A DNA stretch of 64,000 nucleotides from Antechinus flavipes (taxonomy: Eukaryota). Under the pieces are notes generated by a model. That model was not told where the DNA came from. It did not search any database and saw only the letters and a program-made list of their open reading frames with translations. Location of the stretch: positions 177,816,001-177,880,000 of the forward strand of contig NC_067400.1 of NCBI RefSeq assembly GCF_016432865.1. Direction: 5' to 3'. Positions within the stretch are counted from its first letter, which is position 1, and every line of letters begins with the position of its first letter. Positions 46,437-60,250 of this stretch are shown piece by piece. The translations under genes were made by a program, and so were the position numbers.

Positions 46437-48505
46437 CAAAAATAGAAAAGCATTTCATCACAGATGCTAAGAAAGATTGACTTTAGCTTGATAGGAAATT
46501 TTGTAGAAATTCTGGGTGCTATCAACTAGAGAAGTATCTTATTGTAAAAGTTAGAGAGCTAGTCTCAAGAATTCCAGCCCTAGCCTCTAAGTCATATTGG
46601 CTATGACACTGGACCAGTCATTTAGTCTTTGTATCTTTAGCAGTTTTCACGGGCTATAAGTTGTAAAGTTCATCTTTAATGAAGGGAATTTTTCTTACAC
46701 CATTGAAATCATATATCTGGATATTTTTTTTTTAAACTCATAAATAAGGACAACAATAATGAGGAGAAGGTGATAACAAATATGTGGCACTTAAAGGTTT
46801 GCAGAATGCTTTACAGGTATTATAGATCCAATCTTCCATTGCAATGCTGCTTAAGGGAAACCTAGTCAGTGTATGTTCAGCAGAAACTTACATTTTTAAA
46901 CCTAAAAGAGAGCATTTCTTAGATAATATAACTCCTGCCTCAGTTATTAGCAGCCTTCCTATTGTGGCAATATCTGCATCCATGAAAGACTGGCCCTACT
47001 ATGGAAATCAAGAGAAACTAAAAATTGAAATGGAATATAAACACAGTCATCATAGTTTGCTCCTAAATCCGTGGTGTTTTTTTTTTTTTAAATAGACTTC
47101 AGTAGAGTCCTCTTCCAGGCTTTGTTCCCACTTAAGAGGTGACCCTAGTTTCTCAAAAGCATACCATAGGCATTAGATTCCAAGGTCTGGCAGATTCCAC
47201 CAAGCTGAAAAGTCTTTGAGTATTGACTAATGATGCAGCTTTTTAGACCAGCATTTCTGGTTTGAAGGCATTTGCCCCCAGGTCAACCACAGAGAAATGA
47301 ATGTTCTAGCCAAAATAGCTCTAACAGTCCATGTACTAAGTTCCAGGAATTTTGTGTTTTGCATTCGTGGAGGAAATAACCACGGTAATAAAATAAGGAC
47401 ATTTTTTCTCCCTTGATAAAATTTGGATCACATTGCAACTATATAGATACATAGATAGTTATAAGTATATACATACACACACATACATACATCTATGTGG
47501 GGGTATATGTGTGTGTGTGTGTGTATTGTATACATGAGTATTTATGTATACAGACAGACTGATGGATCCTGGGCAGGTCATTTAATCCTGTTTGCCTCAG
47601 TTTCTTCATTTGAAAAATGAGCTGGAGAAGGAAATGGCAAACTACTCCAGCATTTTTGCCAAGAAAAATCCAAATGGGGTCAGGAAGAATCAGACACCAC
47701 TACCACCACAACAAACAAGAAGATATAAAGCTCTATCCTTACACTACATTGTATGAGGTGTTATTTCCCACTTTACAGGTAAAGCAGTTGGATGTCAGGA
47801 AGGTTAAATGTCTCAGGGCTGGATAACATAACTAGTCTGAGGCTGCATTTGAACTCAGATCCTCCTCAATATAAGCCCAGTTTTCTGACACTATCAACCT
47901 TGACTATCTTCAAGTCCTCTGGAAATGAGAATTATTGTGTAGGAGACTATTGTCACATAAAAACGGTGCCCTAATTTCCTAGATCTTGGGGAGTTGGGGG
48001 GAAAGAACCTTTGCCAATGTAACCAAGTGGTTTACCAAAACATTTCAGCTGATTGTGGTGACAGCCTGTAAAACTTGCCATCAGGAGGCTGGGGCTACTG
48101 GATCACTTGAGCATGGGAGTTCTAAACTGAATAGACTAACTGCCTGTTACCAATCCAACACCAAAATAGTTGGGGGGATAAGAAGGGAGAGTAAGCCATC
48201 TAAGGAGAGATGAGGAGTTCCAAATGAGGAAGGAAAAAAAAAAAAGTTGTAGAATCAGAAGACTCATGAGAAGCTGCTATTGACTATACTTTCAGCCTGG
48301 GTGAACTCAGTCTCCTGTTCTTATGTTCCCCCCCGTGCTCCCCTCCCCCCCCAAAAAAAATTCTCTAATCATCCAGATCTCTAACTCAAGGCTAGATTTT
48401 AACTTTTCTTTTGTTTTCTTTTTAAATTGCCCCCCATCATAGCACAATGGTTGTGATTCTCTTTATAACTCTAGAAATTATGTTATGGTTTTGGTCTTTA
48501 AACAG

Positions 48506-48609
48506 GTAGCGGTAGTGAAATTCAATTTCTCTCAGAAGCCCAAGACGACCCACAGAGAAGAAAGCCGGATATCCAAAAAGCCAAGCTAATGCTGGGGTGG
48601 GAGCCCGTG
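48506..48609 (+). CDS. UXS1: UXS1 coding exon
   Basis: aaacag|GT AGC GGT...CCC GTG|gtaagt; 104 nt; (G)SGSEIQFLSEAQDDPQRRKPDIQKAKLMLGWEPV; keeps the Arg equivalent to human R361. Confidence 0.97.
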
Positions 48610-49719
48610 GTAAGTGAAGCCAAAGGAGACATGGCATTCCCTGGAAAATTGATTTCCTCTGTTGTACATGACCTTGCCCCACTCCCTCTCCCTTTTGTGT
48701 CCTTCTGTCCATCAATAGAAGAGCCATACCAGCTGAATTCAAGCAACGCTTGGTGAAGCAGAGGGGAAGAAGGGGTGGGATTTTCCTCACACCATTAAAT
48801 GACTTTTCATGCATCATTTGAGAATCATTTTCTGTTACCAAGGAAATAGCTTTGATGGCCTTGCCTGGGCTGAATGAAATGACATATACACAGTTGTATT
48901 CCCCTGTGCAGACACCTTGGCCAGTGGCCTATTTTGGAGCTTATAGACTCATCAGGACCTTTGTTCCTATTGCTTTCTTAGATCTGAGTTTAGAATTCCT
49001 GGTAAAGAAAAATGCCTTTATTTAATTTTGTCAGTACCCTTTCTTAGATGCATGAAAACTTACCTGAAAGGGGTAACCTATTTATTATCTGTGAATCAGA
49101 GAGATAGCAAGTTCATAAACACTGGGTAGGAAACATTCTCATGCTTTAGGGCTTTAACTTATCCATAGAAGATAATTGTCCCTTGCTGTGAATTCTCCAA
49201 GTTTGTTATTACATGTTGGGAGGAAGGCTGCTTTTGAAGCATGTATTGTTGATAGCTTTGAGGCAAACAGCTGGTGGTAGAGACAGTGAGGAATACCCTT
49301 GTTGTTGTTGTTATTCCTAGTCTACCCTGAACCCAATTACCAAGGAGGAGGTGGGAGTCCCCCACCCCCATTCTTGATTTATCAAAGCAGCAGCATCTAG
49401 CAATGGACTAGATCTATATTGTACATAATTTAGTGAGTAGAATCACCAAACAGTGGAGGAAGAGCTACTCATCTTGTTTTTCATATAAGAAAACCAAGGT
49501 TGGGAGTACAAAAGATTTATTAAATTAATTACATTAATTATTAAAGTCAGAATAAATTTATCTTTGTTTAAGACAATTCAAATATGAAAAATTTTTAAAT
49601 TTCATATGGATAATTTTAGATATTGCAGGCTTTCTTCAACATGTTGCAAGTAACCTCCCCTCCCCCCAAAGTAATTTCAAATCCCCAAAAGTTTATCTTT
49701 TGTTTTACTTCTGTTGAAT

Positions 49720-50060
49720 GGTTTATTTTTTTTTTTTCATTTTTTGATAAGCTTTTGAGTTCTGAATTTTTTTCTCTGTCACTTCCCCAAGACAGCCAAT
49801 GATCTGATGTAAGTTATACATGTACAGTCATATAAAACATATTTCCACGATAGTCATATTGTAAAAGAAGAAACAGAACAAAAGGAAAAAAAAAATGAAA
49901 ACAAAGAAGTAAAAATAATATGCTTCATCCAGATTCCATTAATTCATTTTCTGGATGTGGATACCATTTTCTTTTATAATTGTCTTAGATTATTGTATTG
50001 CTGAGAAAAGATAAATTAATCATTGATCATCACACAATGATACTGTTACTTACATTTCCA
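49720..50060 (-). mobile_element. L1 3'UTR fragment
   Basis: cccaagacagccaatgatctgatgtaagttatacatg...ctggatgtggatac; homologous to 62968-63422. Confidence 0.7.
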
Positions 50061-51744
50061 TTTTTTAACAATTAAAAATACATTTTTCTCCACTCTTTTC
50101 CCCTTATCCTTTTTCCCCTTTTTCTTTTCCTTGCAAACTATTTGCATTACAGAATAATATTTAGGATGACTTCTTACCTATAAAAGGATCCTTTCTCCCC
50201 CTTCCCCCCCCCAAAAAAAAAAAGATTTCTTTGAAATTCCTATATAAATAACAAGCTTTTCTTAGTAATTATAAGATTTAATTCAGTTAACAAAAAAATT
50301 AATTTCATTTACAATTTTTTGGAAACATTATCACATAAGAGAAAGCATGGCATAATGGTAAGGTCTGGCCTTGGAGTAAGAATGACATGGGTTTACATTA
50401 TGGATGAAGCAAAGTTACTTAGCATCTCAGTTCCCTAATCAATCCCTGAGTCTAAATGTCACAGGCCAAAAGTTAATCTACATTTGTAGAGAGAAGATTC
50501 CCCACTGAAGTTAGAAGTTCTAGTCTCCCCATTCCTGTCCTAAAACAAAACAAAAACCCCATTATATGAAATAATAAAGTCAGACATTATATATTATAAA
50601 CTAGTGAGAAAATTAGATATTTCTAGTTGAAGGCTATATAAATACTGAATATGGAGTCAGAAGACCTGTGTTCAAGTTCTGCATTGAATATTTATCCCTC
50701 TATTTGGATATTTATTTGGGGGCATGTTACTTTTTCTCATCTATAAATTGAAGAGCATCAGATTAGATAGTCACTGAGGTGATCCCAAGGACCCATCCAG
50801 TGATCCAGTAGTCATCAGCTCTTTTTTCTAATTTCTAATTGTGTAGTGATTTTGAAAGGACCTATATTAGAAGAAGCTTTGGGGCACTTGCTACTTCCAT
50901 TTTGCTATGTTCATAAGTGAAAGCTCAATTGTTACTGTTATCTGAAGTGAGCTGACAACTAACAATGAGGTTAAGATTATTTTAAACTCTGCCATGAACT
51001 CTGTTCATTTTACAATATTCTGTCCTTTCAACCAGCAGTAAGTGAAAGTTGCCCATCCAGCTTAATCTGAACTATATGTAGATATTTGAGACATAAAGGG
51101 ACTCACTAGCAAAGGGCTGATTGTGTTTTTATATATTCTTTTCCCATCCTATGGCCTTCTTCCAGAATAATAATGAAATGGAATCAGTTCTAAAGAGGAG
51201 GCCAAAGGCCATTTAGTTCAATCTCTCTCCTCTTTCTTCAGATGAGGAAACAGTCCTTGGGAGATTAAAATACTTTCCCTTTTAAAAGAAAATTATTGTT
51301 TCCCCAAGTAACATTTTTTCTTTGTTTAATCAGAAATAGAAACTAGTAGGTAGAAGGGGAAAAAAGGAGTGACGGGGAGAAAAGTTTAAAGAAAGGAAAA
51401 AGGAGAAAAAAAGAAAAGTAGGTCAGTATTTCAGATTTGATATCTTTTAGAGCAGAATTTTATTTATAATAAATAAACAAAATGAAAGATAAAAAACAAA
51501 ACTACTCCTGCTGCTGAGTTCCACCACATTTTGAAACAGTATGCAGAGTAGTCTGGTTTTTTTGGGGTTGGCATTGGTCCTGTGACCAGTGTGTGGTGCT
51601 GTGAGCATTCCTAGCAAACATTTCATGTTGAAAACCAGCATTTCCTGCGAAGTAAACCCCAAAGGACAAGCACAATAATTTATTTCATTAGACAAGAAAC
51701 TCAGTATTGATGTGACCTTGTCTTTTTCTCTCCTCTCCAAACAG

Positions 51745-51876
51745 GTCCCTTTGGAAGAAGGCTTAAATAAGGCAATCCACTACTTCCGTAAAGAACTTGA
51801 GTACCAAGCAAATAATCAATACATCCCCAAACCGAAACCCGCAAGGATAAAAAAGGGCCGAACACGACATAACTGA
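51745..51876 (+). CDS. UXS1: UXS1 last coding exon
   Basis: aaacag|GTC CCT TTG...CAT AAC TGA; 132 nt; VPLEEGLNKAIHYFRKELEYQANNQYIPKPKPARIKKGRTRHN*. Confidence 0.98.
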   Translation, partial: VPLEEGLNKAIHYFRKELEYQANNQYIPKPKPARIKKGRTRHN

Positions 51877-52055
51877 AGGAAGGATTTGCTTCTCTGGACA
51901 GGAGAATTCCCTTTTACATTTGACAGGATGTAATTTTTTTCCTTTCCTTTTTTTTTTTTTAAAAAAGAAAGACTTAAACAGGTGTTATGAAGAACAAACT
52001 GGAATTTCATTCTGAAGCTTGCTTTAAGGAAATGGATGTGCCTAAACCCTCCCCC

Positions 52056-52056
<1 letters not shown>

Positions 52057-52098
<42 letters not shown>
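52057..52098. repeat. (AC)21 microsatellite in the UXS1 3'UTR
   Basis: 42 nt of uninterrupted AC. Confidence 0.97.
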
Positions 52099-52105
<7 letters not shown>

Positions 52106-52618
52106 CAGAAGAAAACTGCAAATCTTGCCTTGCACTTTTTAAAATCTGTCTTTTTATGTACAAATAGAATAGAAACATCTTTGAGTATTTTCAAGTTTTT
52201 TATCTTGCTGTGAGATCCTTTGTTGTTGACTGTCACTGACAGTTTTATTTACTGGTTTCTTTGTGAAGCTGAAAAGGAAGACAAATGGAATGGAAAATGC
52301 CAATTTTATTTATAAAATATGGATCCCATAGTTATACTATGCATAAGAGAAGAAGTTTAACAGTATTGTCGGGCAAGTAAAATGCTGGGATTAAGCCTGC
52401 AGGAGTATATACGAGAATTCAGTTTGAAACCTTTATGTTTCTTTGGATTCAGAAATTTTCCAAGGTTTTAGTTTTAGTTGCTCATTTGAATTGGAGACAT
52501 TTTCATTGATTATCATGGATAAGGATATTTTAAATCACTACTGTGTCGTGCTGCGTACTCTGGGAAAATTTAAAAAGTTATTGTATTATTGGTTGACAGT
52601 GGTTGAATATGCTATTTT

Positions 52619-52624
52619 AATAAA
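52619..52624 (+). terminator. Polyadenylation signal of UXS1 (AATAAA)
   Basis: aatatgctatttt-AATAAA-atatt, ~745 nt after the stop, followed by U-rich sequence. Confidence 0.75.
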
Positions 52625-55392
52625 ATATTATAACTTAAAACTTAGACTTTTCAATTTTTAATTACAGTAGATGTTTTATATCTGTACAGTACATTTTCGA
52701 AGGGGTGAAAAAAGGAGAAAATGAGTATGTATTTATTTGTACAAGTCTATTAAAAAATCAAAGTTATTATATATGCTGTATAATTGAGAATGATGGCTTT
52801 TGAATCATTATGTGCAGTCCAGACTAAATTTACAGAAATAATGAAGAACATTTTGGGAAGACTTTACGCTTCTTAATGGCTGACCTAGAGTTTTATCTTA
52901 TTCTTATATTCATGGGCTTATTTGTGATGTATGATGGATATATAGTTGTTGTTCAGTAAATTTTTATTGATAAAAGATAGGGACCAGACATGGGTCATTT
53001 GTATTATATTGTGTGATTTGTTAGACTGATTGGGTTTTTGTATTGTTTTTGTTTTTGTTTTCCCCAGGGAAGAAATGAAACTAAGATCACAACTTTTCAA
53101 GCCAGAGCATGCGGTTTTACCAGTTAAATGAAAAGAAACAAATATGTACCTCTCCCTTTTCCCATTTCCTCACTGATTATCCTGGATAATCAAAAGAAAC
53201 AAGAGACAATGTCTTCTTGTATCTATGTAAGAACTTTCTTTTTAAAAAAAAAAAAAAAAAAAAAACGAGATTATGATGTTAAAAAGAAATGGTATTTACA
53301 GCATGATAAAAATACAACTGACTGCTAGAATTCTGAATTACAAAATATCAGAGATAGTCTGGATCTCTGAGGCCTTCATCTGGTGTCATTCAGTTGTTTT
53401 AGACCCTTCATGACCCAATTTACAGTTTTCTTAGCAAAGATATACTACTGGTACACTCCGCTACATAAACCTTCCTCATTTATTTTGAGACATTAATGAC
53501 TACTGACTCTGATCCTACCTATATTTCTCTACCTTGTCCCCAAAGATAGTATTTGTCAAATATTTTACTGACATCTAAATGAGCTATAACTATGGAATTT
53601 CTTTTTTGATTTGACTACCTAATAATCCTTTAAAAAAATCAGCCCACTCTTGCTGAAACCTTGCTGTCTATATCATTGCTTATTTTTCTAGTTATTCAAT
53701 AAGGATCTAAAATAATTATAGACAAAATTGATTTATAGATTTTGTTTTTATATTGCCTAAATTTCCCATCTTATCTTTTCTCTTCCCAGAAAAAGATCCC
53801 ATATAAGGATTAAAAAAAAAAAGACAAAGTCAAGCCCCTTGAACTTTCATTTCCACATTTTGTCTCCTTCCTCTCTTTTTTATTTTTATTTTCATTTTCT
53901 ATTTTTGCCCTTTTCTAGACTTTATTGCTCCCATTCTCCATGATCTTTTCAAAGTCATCCCATGGTGACTAAACCATCCTTTCAACCAATTTTCAGGACC
54001 CATTGGTATCTTAAATCAAAGAAAGCTAGGTAATTACTTATTTTCTCATTAATCTTGAGTTTTAACTTTTATTACTCATTGATTGTTCTCCAGGGCTCAA
54101 GAAAACAAATAAAATAGGATTTGAGTAGTTTTGTTGTTCTCCTTTGTCCCATTCACCCCAACTATTAATCCTATAACTTCTTTAATCCTGTCCTTACTCT
54201 ATATATTGCTTAAAACCCCCTTTTGTCAGTTTTGGTATTCCTCATCAGTCTTGACTAGTTGCATGTTTTAGCCATACCTATAATACTATTACTCGATCAT
54301 GATACTTTTGTATTCTTCCCATTACCTGTTATTGCATACATCTTCTTAAAAATCAAAATTGATTTAAGAGTTCCATGTGCATTCACAACAGTCTTTTTTT
54401 AGAAAATATCTCAGAATAGTATCTTCAGAATTTCATTCTTGAGAGCACTCCATCTTTTGCTAGCTTTTACCATCCTATCTAATCTTTCTGAACCCTTTGA
54501 AATTTTCTCAACCCAAATATAGGATGCAGGTGAAGCTATGATCAGATTTGAAAATGTAGTCCACATGTTCTCTCAGTAATAAAACCTGTGACTGATTTAT
54601 ACATAGGCAAGGCCTATGGAGCACATAAAAAGCTCCATATCTTTCTTTCCAAGTGTTCAAATATGAAATTTTGTCATCATAATCATAACTCATGTTTACA
54701 TAATACTTTACATTTTACAAAATGCCTTCTTTATGACTATTCTATGCAAATATTTCCCATTTTACAAATAATCTATAAACATTTATTAAGCTCCTCCAGG
54801 TTCAAAATAGAAGTTACAGCAGCATATTTTGGTTCATGTAAGACAGATTTTCATAAAAACTTCATGAAAATGGAATGGATGCCAATACATGTAATAAATT
54901 CCCTATCAATCAGTGGAAGCATTTAAGTGGAAATCGAATGTGTTATATGATGGATTCCCTGTATCGCGTAAAAAGCCAACTTCTCTGATTCTGAAATCAG
55001 GTAAAAATAAACCTATGAAAGGAAGGTGACCAAATATAAATAGTTCACTTTACAATTGACTACAGGATCAGCCATGATTTAAACACATACCCACACATGA
55101 TGAAGGATAGGTTTCAACCCAGGCTTTCTCATTGTGAACTTCTGGGCTAAGAATGGTACATCTTTGTGCCAAAAAAGGAGAAAGTGTCATCTCAGTTACT
55201 CCCTGTGTTCTCAAGGTTGGAGGATATGCTTCCTTAAATCTAAGAGTTGCTATTTTAATTTGTTCATGGATATGGATGCCAAGCCATTGGCTCTGAATAT
55301 TTTTTGTTTTGTAGGAGTGCTTAGCTTACTTCAGAGGAGGAAATATTCTCCAAGTGTGGATATGTCAAATATACAGCAATGTTCAAGGGTCC

Positions 55393-55427
55393 CACACACT
55401 CACACACACACACACACACACACACAC
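55393..55427. repeat. Imperfect (CA)n microsatellite
   Basis: Read directly from the sequence. Confidence 0.95.
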
Positions 55428-56214
55428 TTGGACTTGTGTGCTAGAATTGCTTTTTTGCTTTTTTTTTTTTCTTTGAATTCTCTTGGATTAATTGCTATAG
55501 TTGGAATATTCTATTACCATCAGTACTGTTCTAACACATATCTGTCTAAAAAAGTTATTTCTATGATGGAAAGTAGACTTTATCTGATTTCCCTGGTCAT
55601 CCAATTGGGTTCTGCAACTTAACTGATTTGTATAACAAAAAAACTGGGTATTGCTTGCCTTGAGACAGAGAAAGGAAAATGGTGAAATTCTTGGTTCTCA
55701 TTTTGAAGATTGTGAGAGCTAAAAGAAAAGAATTTTATCTTCAAAGGCTATAATTTGTTCTTAAATTGAAATTATTTGTAAAGAGTTGGCACAATTCTAG
55801 ACCATTCAAAATTTTGTTTCCTAATAATAATTGCCTTTAAAATTGGTTATTTTTAACTCAATACTTAAGTGGATCTGTGTTCTCATCACTGTGGAGATGA
55901 ATGACCTTTTCAGAGCTGCATATTATAGTCCTTTCATCCTTATTCATCTTGTTCAACTCTTGTCCATGTCTTCCCATAAGTTTTTCCCAGGGAATCCACA
56001 CAGCAAGCTATGGTCCTTTTAAAATTTCTTCTGACGTCACTCAAGAAAACAGTGGTTATTCTCTGATTTTGCTACATGGCCAGCCCATCTTTTTCAATCG
56101 TTTGATTTTTTTACTCAACTATTTTTCATAATCCCTTATTTATTATTATAAATGTGATTATCACACATGATTTTATTGCCTTCTGAGTGATAATCAATTT
56201 AAACTATTTAAAGA

Positions 56215-56760
56215 CCATAGTGCACACACTATGCCATGACAGATCCATTCAACCACACTGGTAGAATATTAGCATTTATAAAATAACTTCATTTCAGGCA
56301 CAATTTGGGGGTCACTAAAGGCATTTTCTGCAGTTTCTAATAAGCAATTCAGCCTTCCCACCTCTTCCTGTGCAATACTGGTCTCTATCCATTTTTAGTT
56401 TCTGTCCAAGTTATACTGGTAAAAATGTTCTATAAGCTATTTGTATAATATTATCATAGTCTAGACTATAGATATTCTTCAACCACTTGGCTTCTGGGGG
56501 TAATTGGTAAGGTCAACTATTATAAATGTTGATGGAGTTCATCTAGGAAATGATACGGTATTCTGGAGCTTGTTCGAAACAGTACAAGGTCATCTTCAAA
56601 TAGAATCATCTGTATGAAAACTGCCTACAACTTTGATTCTAGACTGGTTCTTTTCCATGATGATGTCAAATTCCTTTGGCAAGTTTATGTCTCCCTTTTT
56701 TAATGACCACAAGAAAGATGGAGCTGCCACATTGGTGACCACAGTCCTAGATTTTCTTAA
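56215..56760 (-). mobile_element. RTE-clade LINE reverse transcriptase remnant
   Basis: Minus strand QMILFEDDLVLFRTSS...FLDELHQH, a decayed LLFADDIVL RT motif, followed by a KWLKN-like segment; many stops. Confidence 0.7.
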
Positions 56761-59519
56761 AAGGAGGTAGAAATTGAATTAAAGAGAACAAAAATGGGAA
56801 CAAAGATAGGAAAAAGCAGCTGGATAGAACAAAAAGGTATTAAGAATATTTGTGCTTGAAGCAACACAATTGTGAGAGCCTTAAAGAATTCGCCAATTTT
56901 CTGAGGGAGAAAGAAGATACCAAAGACATGGAGAAAACATCCCAGATCTTATTAATACTCAGAAGAGAACACCTGAGAGATTAGCAACTTCTACTTTCTA
57001 CAGCTACCTTCCCATGAAGAAAAGAAAAGCTTCACTCAGCATTTGGATAATATTCAAATTAAAGGTATTTGCAGAGAAGGCACCAGTTGGTCTAAAGGTT
57101 TGATAAACCAAGTAGGATCTTCCTAAAAGTAAGTCCAAATGAAACTGTAGCAGTATTACATAAATGAAGTAACAGAACAAAAGGGACAGAATCTAATTTT
57201 CAGATATGATTTTGATACCTTGTGTCCTTCCAAATAATGCTCAAGTTCTCAGGTTCAATCAACATTTCCTTATCCTCCCAAATAGCTATTAATGCCCTTC
57301 TTCTCATCCCCAAATTTTCTTTGCTTTTTTAAGTAATATGTATTTATTTATGTAATAATAGCTTATATTCTGTATTATTTGTTCCTCAAAAGTGCCTTGT
57401 GATTTAGATGCTATTATTATACTCATTATACAGATGTACACATCTCCTGCAGAATGTAAGTTTTTTGAGGTCAGTAACATCCATTTAGCACTTAGCATAA
57501 TGCCTGGTGCATGTTAGACATTGATTCAGCTTGTTAGTTAGATTATATTTCACAGATATGGATGAGAATGGATGCAAACATGATAAGGCAAAAGGAGTTT
57601 TGAAATTATTAGAAAAGCAAAGATACTTATTCAAAACCAGAATGTTCATAACACTTAGAGGACTTAAAAGTTCCAAAGTTTCACCCTATTGGTATAAAAT
57701 CATGATTATACTATGCACTTTTTGAAGGCATCTTTGATCAGATTTTAGTAGGGGAAAATCAGCCTTTTTTTTGAAAGTGACGTTTCTTATGGGTACAATT
57801 CTCACATCTTATGAATGTAATATCTACTTTTATTAAGGAATTCTTTTGAACAGCTAAAAGTTAAATGTTTTGTTGTAAATATGTTCATTGCGTTAAATTG
57901 GGGTTGGTTAAAATTGTTACTCAATGTATTTATGTATCCATCCCAGAACCTTTTGTTAACTTTAGATAAATCTGGCAACTTTAGATGAATTCATTTTTGT
58001 ATTAGAGTCCATTGGTTTCTGAGATAAGTGATGATATAGATATAGATGATGATATGTGATATAGGTAAGATGATATAAGTGATAGGTAAAATTGTGAATT
58101 CCCTGGTCTAAAAGATTCCAAATTTAAAAAGACATAAAGATTTGAGCTAACTTTCATTATCTTACCTGTTTATTGGCAAAGTAAAGTAGAAGTTTGAGAT
58201 CAAACTTAGTAGGAAATTTCTACAAATGATCTGAATTGGACAGGAACAGAGCCACAGGACATCAGATGTTTCTAGAGGAAGGGAAACATTGACTTTTTCC
58301 CTTTGTGTCTCTTATCTGTAAGATGTGCTTATCAAAAAGGACTGCCCTCTTTGATTCTATCTGTTATTAAAGGAAATTGCTCTTTATCTTTGTCAAGTTC
58401 CATCCATTTTTCCATGTTTCATCTCACATTTTCTTCTTAAGTTCCAAAATTAGACACTCATCATATACGTTTGCCTTTGGTCTAAAAGAGATGGCCAAAT
58501 GACAGCCCTTTTAAATTTAATAACCTGTTGGCCTTGTTAATAAAATGATTAAATTGCTTCCCTGGAAAAGTGACATTCCACAGTAAGCCACATCTTTACT
58601 ATCATACAACTGCAATATGTTGAGATAAGCTTTTCACTATGCTTACTGTTTGTAACAAATTGTTTTGGTAACAATTTTTTTAAAAAGCCTTTGGATTCAG
58701 TAGCATACAATGCCACCTAAAAGACTTTTATAACAAGATGTTACATGAATACGCCATGTATGATAGTTATTAAATTAAATCATTAAATAAAAAAACTTTA
58801 ATGATACAATTTGAAATTACACATCATAGGTGTGAACCAAAAGTATACAGATCAGGAAAGATTAGGAAAATGAAAACTTGGTTGACTTGGGGCCAACCAT
58901 ATATGTCAAACATATATTTTCTGAGTCTCAAATCAGAGTATGTAATACGACAGGATTTTTCTTTCTTGAGACTTATTTGTTTTATAATTGAATATGCATA
59001 TTGTCCCAAGCTACAGATCCTGAACCATCAAGAATCTTGCTAAGAAGAGGATCTCAAAAAAGAACTTAAAAGACTCTGTGAGACAAAGTGATATAAACAT
59101 GTCCTTTCCATGATATTTTCTTGATCTAATTGTGAAGGATTTGACCCAGCTCTCCGAGATTCTGTTTATCAACTTTGCTTAACCCATCTAACTTTTCATC
59201 TAACTTAATGTGGACATTTCTATTTACGCTTTTTATATGAATATCTTGTTATTTGTGTGTGTGTATGTATCTTAAACACAGTCAATTGTTGAATTTTATT
59301 TTCTTATTGTCAAAGGTTGTGAAAGATAACAGATGGACAACCCAAATATTCCACTGTTATCCTTTCAATAGTAAGAAAAAGGGAAAGAAAAATCAAGGAA
59401 AGAATCCAATACATTGAATGGCAAAATTATGAAAGAACAAGAAATAGAGGAGCAAGCATAGAAAGATTGTGACCTATATTGCTGAGAAGGAACATCCAAA
59501 TTGAAGAGTTGGTAATTCC

Positions 59520-60250
59520 ATTTGAAAATTTCTTCTGTCACTTTTGGCAGCTAAGTGGAGGATGGAGTTGATTGAGTGATTAAAGACTCTGGAGAGGGAA
59601 ACCAATCAGCCAGCTATTGCAATAGACCAGGCATGAAGTGATAAGAGCTTACAACCAATATGACAGTGTCAGAGAAGGGGCCACACATATGGCAAAAGTA
59701 GAATTGACAGAATTTGGCAGTGGTTCTCAAAATGTGGTCTAGATAATATTGGTTGGGGTTGTGGGGAGGAGTCTCTTAAACCCTTTCAGAGGGTCTACTA
59801 ATTCAAAATTAGTTTTTATTTCATAATGGTAAATATCTAGGAATATAACCTTCCAAAAATAATGTTAAGAACAAAAGTTCTCAAACTTTTAACTGAGTTA
59901 AAAGAATCAAGGATGACACATTTCAGACCTCAGTGATTGAGAGTATCATGGTACCTAATATGGCAAAAGGGAAGTTAAGAAAAGGGGAGGTATGAGTTCA
60001 ATTTTCAGTGTGATCTGCATGTTGAGTTTAGGATATCTATCGAATAGGCAATTGTAGATGCAAGACTGGAAATCACGAAAGAGGGTAGGGCTGGACCCAG
60101 ATCTGAGAATCAACTGCATATAGATGGTAATTAAAACTATGGGAGCTGGTGAGATCCTTATGAGAAATAGTACAGAGAGAGAAAAGGAAAAAATCAAAGA
60201 CAGAGCACAAGGGCATACACTGGAAGGCCTGCTGAATGAAGATGAGGCAG
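59520..60250 (-). mobile_element. L2 LINE fragment
   Basis: ccaatcagccagctattgcaatagaccaggcatgaagtgata, gagttcaattttcagtgtg, gatctgagaatcaactgcatatagatggtaattaaa. Confidence 0.7.

Larger units (their letters stand above)
51877..52645 (+). other. UXS1: UXS1 3'UTR (end approximate)
   Basis: Follows the stop codon; U-rich; ends shortly after AATAAA; blocks such as ttttatttactggtttctttgtgaagctgaaaagga resemble my recollection of the eutherian UXS1 3'UTR (not verified by alignment). Confidence 0.75.

Noticed and set aside
51816-52178. 120-aa antisense ORF with a (VC)n repeat
   Set aside because: It is a translation of the (AC)21 repeat and A/T runs of the UXS1 3'UTR.
55134-55622. 162-aa ORF downstream of UXS1
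   Set aside because: It crosses a CA microsatellite (HTHTHT) and a poly-T run, and shows no homology or coding-like composition.
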